Of a stretch of DNA of 64,000 bases, positions 57,294 to 64,000 are shown one piece after another. Position numbers and translations under genes: made by a program. The stretch spans positions 1,824,001-1,888,000 of the forward strand of contig OY970359.1 of assembly GCA_963718665.1 (NCBI GenBank), read 5' to 3'. Position 1 is the first letter of the stretch. Each line of letters opens with the position of its first letter. Under the pieces are notes generated by a model that worked only from the letters and a program-made list of their open reading frames with translations, made no database searches and had not been told where the DNA came from. The DNA is from an uncultured Phycisphaerales bacterium. Lineage in GTDB: Bacteria; Planctomycetota; Phycisphaerae; Sedimentisphaerales; Anaerobacaceae.

Positions 57294-58418
57294 ATGTCTG
57301 ATGAACAGTTCATATCTGAGTTTGAGCCGGAGGCGCCTAAGCCGCCGCGAGTTGCTCTTATCGCGTCTCGCCGCACGCTTGCCGAATATCCTTCATATCT
57401 CAAGCACCTGCTCGTTGGCCTGGCTGATGAGTCCGTCCCTGTTCTTTTGGTGTGTCCGCCGGGAAGCGATGCCGACTCTATCATCCCGCCGGCTGTCGAG
57501 GTCGTCAGGCACCCGGCAATTGATATACCCCTGATGCAGCATTACAATCTTCGCGTTCTTCTCAATCGAGTCAGTAAATTCAAGCCGGAGATTATTCATT
57601 GTCTTTGCGAAACTTCCGCTGTAACGGCTCGCTGGCTTGCTCGCAACCTTGATATCCCATATCTGCTCAATATAAATTCGATTTCCTCGCACTGGTCTGT
57701 CATTTCCTTTTCCCCAACTCGTTGCGCCAATATCATCGTGCCCGCCAAAACCATCGCCGACCATTTCGTGGCGACTCACCCCAAATTCGCCGACCGTGTT
57801 CGCCAAATCAACGTCGGTGCTTTCGTTGAGGATTCCACAGCGTGTTTTATGCATCCTGAGCATCTGTCGGGTATTGTTGTAGTTCCGCCTCTCGATAATC
57901 ACGCCAATCTTGATAACCTCTTCCAGGCGTTGCATCGCCTGATTGTCGATGGTTGTCAGTTTATCGTTGCCATTATCGCTTCAGGACGACCCGAAGGGAC
58001 GCTCTGGAAACAAATTCACTCTTTTGACCTGCTTCACGCGGTTACTATTGTTCCTCGTTCGCTGGGCCTCTACTCCGCCGGTTCTGCCGCCGACGTATTC
58101 ATCGCACCCAGACCATCCAGCAGATTCAATATGCTGCTGTTGACCGCGATGAGCGCTGGCTCCGTCGTCGCAGCGTCCAAAGGCGGCGTCGATGACCTTA
58201 TTATCGAAGATAGAACCGCCTTTATTTTTAATCCCGATGACCAGCTCAGCGTTTATAATTGTCTTAAGCGTATTTTTGACAGGCCCGATGAAGCCAGGCG
58301 GCTTGCCGAGTCCGCCCAGCGATATCTTCGCCAAAACCACAATGTTAGCGGTATGGTTTCCGCTGCTATTTCTCTTTACAGGCAGGCCGTTAGTTCGAAA
58401 ATCCGGACAAACGCCTGA
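57294..58418 (+). CDS. GT4-like glycosyltransferase, divergent
   Basis: FKPEIIH, ADVFI.P, AMSAG.VVAASKGG..DLIIEDRT..IF.P.D C-terminal GT-B pattern. Confidence 0.7.
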   Translation: MSDEQFISEFEPEAPKPPRVALIASRRTLAEYPSYLKHLLVGLADESVPVLLVCPPGSDADSIIPPAVEVVRHPAIDIPLMQHYNLRVLLNRVSKFKPEIIHCLCETSAVTARWLARNLDIPYLLNINSISSHWSVISFSPTRCANIIVPAKTIADHFVATHPKFADRVRQINVGAFVEDSTACFMHPEHLSGIVVVPPLDNHANLDNLFQALHRLIVDGCQFIVAIIASGRPEGTLWKQIHSFDLLHAVTIVPRSLGLYSAGSAADVFIAPRPSSRFNMLLLTAMSAGSVVAASKGGVDDLIIEDRTAFIFNPDDQLSVYNCLKRIFDRPDEARRLAESAQRYLRQNHNVSGMVSAAISLYRQAVSSKIRTNA

Positions 58419-58513
58419 TATTTGAAATAAATATAAATACCGGGACGTCTTACGTCTGAATGTTTTTGTGTCTAACGGAAATCTTTTTAACAGTTTTTTG
58501 GGAGAATTGAATT

Positions 58514-59266
58514 ATGAATACCAAAGTGATTGTGGCAGGCGTTGTGCTGACATGTCTTGCGCTGGCTCAGGTTGTAATAGCGGCAGAAGGTGTAGTCGGT
58601 GAGTGGGAATTCAAAAGCCAGATGCCGGCAAGGACTATGACAGCAACGATGACGATTACGAAGAACGCCGAGGGCAAACTCGCGGGAACGTGGTCGGCGC
58701 AATTCGGCGAAAGTGCCCTGTCGGATATTACCTTCGAGGCAGGCAAGGTGAAGTTTGTCCAGACGAACAACTTCGGCGGCCAGGAGACGAAGACAACCTA
58801 CGAAGGCGCCGTCGAAGCCGGCAAAATCAAGGGTACAGGCAAAGGCCAGTTTGGCGAATTTACATTTGAGGGAACATTGCAGGGAAAAGCAAAAACCGGA
58901 GCAGATGCGATTGTCGGTGAGTGGCAGATGAGCGTAAATATGCCGGCAAGAGATAACGTGGAGAAGCTGACCATAACAAAGAACGCCGACGGAACACTGG
59001 CGGGCAAATGGGAAGGCCGAAGAGGAGAAAACAAAATTTCGGATATAAAGTTCGAAGGCGGAAAACTTACTTTTATTCGCACCAGTGATTTCGGAGGCCG
59101 CATTATGGAGTCAGAGTTTGAAGGGACCGTTGAGGGTGATGCGATAAAGGGCGTAGTCAAGAGCGACAGGGGCAACAGGGATGCTAATGCCACCCGCGTC
59201 GGCGCCGCCAAGCCGGAACCGGCCAAGGCTGAGCCGAACAAGCCGGCTGCGCCAAAACCAAAATAA
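58514..59266 (+). CDS. Exported protein with two ~100-aa beta-rich repeats
   Basis: Signal peptide; VGEW....MPAR...TITKNA.G.LAG.W...SDI.FE.GK..F..FGG...EG.VE occurs twice. Confidence 0.8.
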   Translation: MNTKVIVAGVVLTCLALAQVVIAAEGVVGEWEFKSQMPARTMTATMTITKNAEGKLAGTWSAQFGESALSDITFEAGKVKFVQTNNFGGQETKTTYEGAVEAGKIKGTGKGQFGEFTFEGTLQGKAKTGADAIVGEWQMSVNMPARDNVEKLTITKNADGTLAGKWEGRRGENKISDIKFEGGKLTFIRTSDFGGRIMESEFEGTVEGDAIKGVVKSDRGNRDANATRVGAAKPEPAKAEPNKPAAPKPK

Positions 59267-59292
59267 AATCACACTATCGTAGAACAAGAACT

Positions 59293-59324
59293 AAAACCCC
59301 TCGATTCCTTATCGGGGGGTTTTT
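59293..59324. terminator. Bidirectional terminator
   Basis: AAAACCCCTCGAT-tcctt-ATCGGGGGGTTTTT between convergent genes. Confidence 0.75.
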
Positions 59325-59985
59325 ATTTGCGCATTTCGTCGAGTAGCTTGAGGACGTCTAGCGGATTATCGATGAGGACTTTTGCGCCGGATTCGAGCAA
59401 TTCATCGGCTGTGCGATAGCCCCATAAGCATCCAACAGGAAACATTCCCGCGGCGACGGCTGTTTTCATATCTGTGTTGGTATCGCCTAAGTAAAGGAAT
59501 TGTTCGGGCGGAATACGGAGTTTCTTTGCGATTTGCAGCGCCATTATGGGGTCCGGCTTCAATGGAACATTCGGCAATGCCCCCTGAACAATTTTAAATC
59601 GCCACTGCGAAAGGATTTTTTCGACCATAACCTTTGTGAAGTGGTCGTTTTTATTGGAAAGGATTACCAAAGACAAGCCGCGTCGCGGAAGTTCCGTCAA
59701 AAGTTCCGGTATGCCGGCGTATGGGTGGGTATTATCGCCCCAGCATTTATCGTAGATTTCTTCCGAATACGCTGCGACTTTCCTGACGAATTCGGGGTCG
59801 CGCTCGGATTCAGGCAGGGCGCGTTGGGCCTCGGTTTCGACGCTTTCGCCTATGAAATACTTATACGCGTCAACAGGATGAGGCGAAAAGCCGAAGTGAA
59901 CGAGGGCTTTGTTCATCGCGTCGGCGACGTCTTTGAGCGTATAAAGCAGCGTGCCATCGAGGTCAAACAAAACGACTTTGAACAT
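59323..59985 (-). CDS. HAD family hydrolase (phosphoglycolate phosphatase-like)
   Basis: FDLDGTL, SNK, KPDP, YLGDTNTD, WGYR. Confidence 0.9.
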   Translation of the reverse strand: MFKVVLFDLDGTLLYTLKDVADAMNKALVHFGFSPHPVDAYKYFIGESVETEAQRALPESERDPEFVRKVAAYSEEIYDKCWGDNTHPYAGIPELLTELPRRGLSLVILSNKNDHFTKVMVEKILSQWRFKIVQGALPNVPLKPDPIMALQIAKKLRIPPEQFLYLGDTNTDMKTAVAAGMFPVGCLWGYRTADELLESGAKVLIDNPLDVLKLLDEMRK

Positions 59986-60002
59986 ATCGAATTACCCGCC
60001 GG

Positions 60003-61262
60003 TTATGTGCCTTCGCCGAAGTCGGCGAGGTATTTGACCTGCTCAGGCGTCAGCTTGTCAATCGAGATACCCATCGATTTGAGTTTCAATGTGCAGACGA
60101 TATTTTCAATCTCGACTGGAACATTATAAACGGCGGCGGTCAGCGACTTGGCGTTTTTGATAACGTATTCGGCCTCTAACGCCTGCGTTGCGAAGCTCAT
60201 ATCCATAACCGAGGCGGGGTGACCTTTGGCGGCTGCGAGGTTAATCAGCCGGCCTTGACCGAGCAGATGTATGCGGTTGCCGTTCTTAAGAATGTATTCA
60301 TCGACGTGCTCTCGAACGCCTTTGTTTACTTTTTTGCTTAGTTTCGTCAGGGCAGGTATGTCGATTTCGACGTTGAAGTGGCCCGAGTTAGCGACGACAG
60401 CCCGGTCTTTCATAACGCGGAAATGCTCGCCGCGTATTACGTTTTTATTGCCTGTCAGTGTCAGGAATAAATCGCCTATTTTCGCGGCTTGCTGCATAGG
60501 CATAACGTCGAAGCCGTCCATTGAGGCCTCGATTGCCTTTATGGGGTCTATTTCGGTAACGATGACGATTGCGCCCATACCTTTGCATCGCATCGCAAAG
60601 CCCCGTCCGCACCAGCCATAACCGACGACCACGACTTTCTTACCTGCTATTAAGAGGTCGGTGGCTCGAATCACGCCATCGACGGTTGATTGCCCTGTCC
60701 CATAGCGGTTATCGAACAGATGTTTGCTTGCCGCGTCGTTTACCGCGATGACGGGGAATTTCAGTTTGCCGGATTTTTCGAGTGCGCGAAGCCGGATAAC
60801 GCCCGTTGTTGTTTCTTCCATACTGGCGATTATTCTTGGTGCGTCGGCAGTGCGTGATGTGTGCAGCTCTGTAACGAGGTCTGCGCCGTCATCGAAAGTA
60901 ATAACCGGCTTGTGGTCGAGGGCGGCGTGAATATGTTTGTAGTATGTTTTACGGTCTTCACCGCAGATTGCGAAAACGGGTATCCCAAAATCCTTAACAA
61001 GAGAGGCGGCGACGTCATCCTGGGTGCTGAGCGGATTCGATGCGCACAAAACCAGATTTGCGCCTGCTGCCTTGAGGGTCCGGGCAAGATTGGCGGTCTC
61101 GGCGGTTACGTGAAGACAGGCAGAAACGTTTTTGCCGGCCAACGGTTTCTGCTTTGCGAATCTTTCGCGTATCGATGCCAGAACCGGCATATCATTGTCC
61201 GCCCACAGTATGCGTTTTTTGCCTGCTACGGCAAGCGACATATTGGCTACATCTGATTTCAT
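60003..61262 (-). CDS. ahcY: Adenosylhomocysteinase
   Basis: CLHVTAETA, SNPLSTQD, DDGADL, EETTTG, K.LFDNRYGTGQS, GYGWCGRG, GHFNVEI, GRLINL, GHP. Confidence 0.97.
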   Translation of the reverse strand: MKSDVANMSLAVAGKKRILWADNDMPVLASIRERFAKQKPLAGKNVSACLHVTAETANLARTLKAAGANLVLCASNPLSTQDDVAASLVKDFGIPVFAICGEDRKTYYKHIHAALDHKPVITFDDGADLVTELHTSRTADAPRIIASMEETTTGVIRLRALEKSGKLKFPVIAVNDAASKHLFDNRYGTGQSTVDGVIRATDLLIAGKKVVVVGYGWCGRGFAMRCKGMGAIVIVTEIDPIKAIEASMDGFDVMPMQQAAKIGDLFLTLTGNKNVIRGEHFRVMKDRAVVANSGHFNVEIDIPALTKLSKKVNKGVREHVDEYILKNGNRIHLLGQGRLINLAAAKGHPASVMDMSFATQALEAEYVIKNAKSLTAAVYNVPVEIENIVCTLKLKSMGISIDKLTPEQVKYLADFGEGT

Positions 61263-61290
61263 TCGGTTTTCCTTTCAAGTAAAAGCACGA

Positions 61291-61319
61291 ATTATACACA
61301 TCAGGCCTCTGATTTTCAA
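61291..61319 (-). promoter_or_regulatory. Sigma70 promoter of ahcY
   Basis: TTGAAA-17 nt-TATAAT on the minus strand. Confidence 0.65.
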
Positions 61320-61354
61320 GCTAAAACGTTGGCTGATTGCGTTCCAGCCGGGCT

Positions 61355-61528
61355 AATTTTCGCCGGCAGGCAAATCTGTTATATAGTATAATTGCCGCTG
61401 GAATGGGTGAGCACGGACGCCAGCCTGTCATCATCTTCAGGCGGAAATTCATATACCCTGATTGTTAGACCTTCGATGCCAGCTTCGTTGCTATCGGTAA
61501 CTGTTCCGCTGATTGAACCGCAATAATC
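61355..61528 (-). pseudogene. Frameshifted fragment of a carboxypeptidase-regulatory-like (prealbumin-fold) surface domain
   Basis: Minus strand reads DYCGSISGTVTDSNEAGIEGLTIRVY...LTHSSGNYTI*, and removing 2 nt continues as TDLPAGE. Confidence 0.6.
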
Positions 61529-61602
61529 GGGTACCTGTCAAATAAACCAGAAGGGACGTAACAGGTAAACTTTCGTTCCTGAGACGTTAAAGATATGACA
61601 AA

Positions 61603-61803
61603 ATGGGCGATACAGGACTCGAACACACCCCATTAGAGCAGTCAAAAACCCTGATTTCAGCAAGTGGCGGCGCAGAATCCGACGCGCGTAATGCGCCGAA
61701 CACCCTTCAAGACCCTGATTTGGCGTTGGTGGTCGAACAGTGGCCGAACCTGCCGTAGCATATCAAAGCAGCAATCAAAGCATTAGTTAAAATTCAATTT
61801 TAA
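61603..61803 (+). pseudogene. Small integrative-element-associated ORF with an internal stop
   Basis: MGDTGLEH...GGAESDA...DPDLALVVEQWPNLP*HIKAAIKALV; TAG at 61756. Confidence 0.55.
61604..61624 (-). mobile_element. tRNA 3'-end-like sequence, possible att-site remnant
   Basis: Reverse complement GTTCGAGTCCTGTATCGCCCA = T-loop plus acceptor-stem 3' half (tRNA-Val-like); no 5' half of a tRNA present. Confidence 0.55.
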
Positions 61804-62298
61804 GGAGATACCCAATGACCATATCTGAAAAGCAGTTAGAAGCTAAACGCACTTGAACAAAGAATGGAGCGGGCACTATCGATTAGCGGGGAATTGCTGG
61901 GATTGTAGACCGGAAGCTGGTTGCCAGAGTAATTCTTATGCCGGGGCAGCACAGGGAATATTTTTGTTGCAATGTCGCCAGTTAAAAACGCGCGCACGCG
62001 CGCGATAAAGCGTCCGAAAACTCGTTTTTGAAGCGAAAACGCGTTTTCCGAGTCCATAAAAAAGGGGATTGTTTTCGGGTTTTTTGGGGGGAATTGTAAG
62101 CAATATCTTAGGTAGAATTATAAGTGCGGCAAGTAGTCATTGGAAATCCGATTTTGAATTCGGCTTTTGCGGAGCCGAATAGACACTGGAAGTTTGGCGA
62201 GCAGGGGATAACAAACGAAGTCGTGAAATCACAGCGGGCAAGTTCGTGCTAATCCGTAGCAAAAAAACCTTCGTATTTCTCTGTGATGTTTTAGTTGA

Positions 62299-62613
62299 TT
62301 AGTGGGATTGTTGATGTTCAGGCGATATATCTTCGTTGCTGACAAGAGTCAAGCCAACCGGATCGAATGGTTCCTGTGTCTGCCCGATATGGACTATGTT
62401 TTCTGCTTTAACGCTCACAACATTACCTTTTAGGCCTTTTTCATCTTCCCAGACGTAGTATTGGCCACAACTACTCTTGTCACTGGCCGGGATATAAAAA
62501 AGAGGGCAGCAGACCTTCGTGCTTGCATTACGGCCATTTTCACTGCGGTGTTTAATGAGAATCTTTTTCCTGCCTTTGATCGCCTGAATAAAAATATCAT
62601 GGTCACGGTGCAT
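62299..62613 (-). CDS. Small stand-alone WYL-like domain protein
   Basis: FIQAIKGRKKILI.H...G...K...P...YYVWE...I..I..T.EPFDP pattern; overlaps the upstream gene. Confidence 0.5.
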   Translation of the reverse strand: MHRDHDIFIQAIKGRKKILIKHRSENGRNASTKVCCPLFYIPASDKSSCGQYYVWEDEKGLKGNVVSVKAENIVHIGQTQEPFDPVGLTLVSNEDISPEHQQSH

Positions 62614-63016
62614 ATAATCTCCTGATTACTTTATTATTGTCGGAGGCGCAAATCCGAAATAGCTTATTGCGCACCCAGCAAATTAATCGGCTTGATGTGC
62701 CGGTTTCGCAGGCGACGAGATGCTCGGCTTTTTTATAAAGGTATAGTGCCCGACAAACACCATTTCTTTCTGTTTTGCTTATATTGCCGTCCATCCCGCA
62801 CGCATTGATAAAATAATCAGCAACCGCTTTGGCAACTTCCCCTGAAATCGTTTCGATGTATGCAAACTTGTGATTTTGTACCTTATGAAGGCGGGAAACT
62901 TCCGCGATGGGAGCGATGGGGTTATCAGCCAACCCTATGAACCAATCCTCATATTCGCCACCCCCTTGGCGGATATAGGTTTCCATCTGTTCAATGATGT
63001 ATTTCTGGTTACCCAC
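62603..63016 (-). CDS. Hypothetical protein with a weak GIY-YIG-like signature
   Basis: Y.DWFIGLADNP...RLHKV...A.AVADYF...G.DG...LYLYKK. Confidence 0.5.
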   Translation of the reverse strand: MGNQKYIIEQMETYIRQGGGEYEDWFIGLADNPIAPIAEVSRLHKVQNHKFAYIETISGEVAKAVADYFINACGMDGNISKTERNGVCRALYLYKKAEHLVACETGTSSRLICWVRNKLFRICASDNNKVIRRLYAP

Positions 63017-63456
63017 TGCCGTATTCGTCTATAGTTTTCTCTGAACGAGCCGCTTACCAGTCATTTGGCATATTAAGCCGCTGCTAATGCGGCCTGCCCT
63101 ACTGTTAAAGGCGACTGACTGCATAAAATGTTGACGAAAAATTGCTTTTCAGGGGAAATTCATGCTGAATGGCTTCGCGCATTTGCGTCTTCGTGGTAAT
63201 AAAACTGGGGCAAAGAGGTTTTGTTCCCTTTGCCCCATTTCCAGCAGATCTGCTGGTGTGGAAGCTTCTGCTTAGAACACCCTTTTCACCATCCGAGGAC
63301 GCAGAAGGAAAGGAGAACCATCGTTCTACGCCCCGGTCGGTCTTGCGCAAGCAATCCCTAGCAAAAAACTATTATTTAAGGCGTCTCAAGCCGCAAAATG
63401 TTGACGGTTTTAATCCCAAAAACACTTGTTATTTTTACGAGATAACTGCGTCAGCC

Positions 63457-64000
63457 TTATTGTGAATCTACTATTCTCGATGCTATTTGAACAATCCTTT
63501 GTCTTAATGCCTTAGGCGCAAGGACCTCCACCTGGTCACCATAGCCTAAAATCCACCATGTTATCTCATTAAGCCCATCCACACGGAATTTCAGTACCAC
63601 CGAGCCATCATCCTCAAAAGAGGCGGTCTGTGTTTCATGCCATCGGACTTCAGCCACTTCCGCAGCGATTCGCGGGCAGAATCTCAATTCGACCTCGTAG
63701 ATTTGGCCTTCTCGCAATAATGACCAGGCATACCCAAAATACTCGCGAAGGTCGAATTTCTCATCTTCCACAAAATATCTGTCTAAAGGACTCAACTGTG
63801 TGATATGATTCAACTCGAAAGTATGCACCGCCTTGTGAAAACTCGATTCTCCGATTACATGCCAGGTGTGCGAGGAATATACCAGGTAATAAGGATTTAA
63901 GTCCGTTGTGACAGACCTTTGTTCGACAGGCAAATAGCAATGAATGGCCAAAACCCGCTTTACTTGAATAGCTTCCAGAACCTGCATAAATGTTTTATCC
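63457..64000 (-). CDS. WYL-WCX domain transcriptional regulator (PafB/PafC-like), 5'-truncated by the window
   Basis: LEAI......I.Y...PY.LVY...WHVIG...TFEL..I, F.L.EY...AW, L.F....A.V.E..WH.TQ, GL.EI.WWILGYGDQVEVLAP..LR; frame open to the window edge. Confidence 0.9.
   Translation of the reverse strand, partial: DKTFMQVLEAIQVKRVLAIHCYLPVEQRSVTTDLNPYYLVYSSHTWHVIGESSFHKAVHTFELNHITQLSPLDRYFVEDEKFDLREYFGYAWSLLREGQIYEVELRFCPRIAAEVAEVRWHETQTASFEDDGSVVLKFRVDGLNEITWWILGYGDQVEVLAPKALRQRIVQIASRIVDSQ

Noticed and set aside
61263..61340. SAH/SAM riboswitch upstream of ahcY
   Set aside because: The predicted promoter leaves only about 20 nt of leader, and no riboswitch consensus is visible.
61560..61700. 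Intact tRNA gene
   Set aside because: Only the T-loop and 3' acceptor strand are present; no D-arm, anticodon arm or 5' acceptor strand can be folded.

Overview
Mostly core chromosome of a Gram-negative bacterium, very likely a planctomycete of the Phycisphaerae/Sedimentisphaerales type. This is an inference from the FlgI-like/HEAT lipoprotein next to smc, the LpxC-FabZ fusion, ffh-rpsP-trmD-rplS without rimM, dockerin-like DFxDLAxFAxxW motifs and Tat-exported Gfo/Idh/MocA and TIM-barrel proteins. The window opens inside a >3250-aa secreted subtilisin/beta-helix/vWA protein. It continues with aroC-like/aroA, nrdR, dnaB, bamA-skp-lpxD-lpxC/fabZ-lpxA-gnnA-like, nfi-tatD-yraN-rplS-trmD-rpsP-ffh, a tandemly duplicated GT-C membrane glycosyltransferase, smc, rmuC, recJ, murE-murF-mraY and ahcY. 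It ends in a decayed accessory region with a tRNA-3'-end-like att remnant, pseudogene fragments and a WYL cluster. The most unusual signals are: (1) several families of short palindromic elements that sit in 5' leaders and, in frame, inside DnaB, TrmD, S16 and MurE; (2) a 7x14-aa BamA N-terminal array packed with D/E-x-N-x-S/T sequons, plus frequent DPN/EPN/DAN/DPC motifs in exported proteins; (3) a stand-alone SRP M-domain paralog overlapping the ffh stop codon; (4) a chorismate synthase homolog with altered signature residues; (5) the WYL/GIY-YIG-like cluster with a duplicated 32-bp motif. No rRNA, intact tRNA or CRISPR array was seen.
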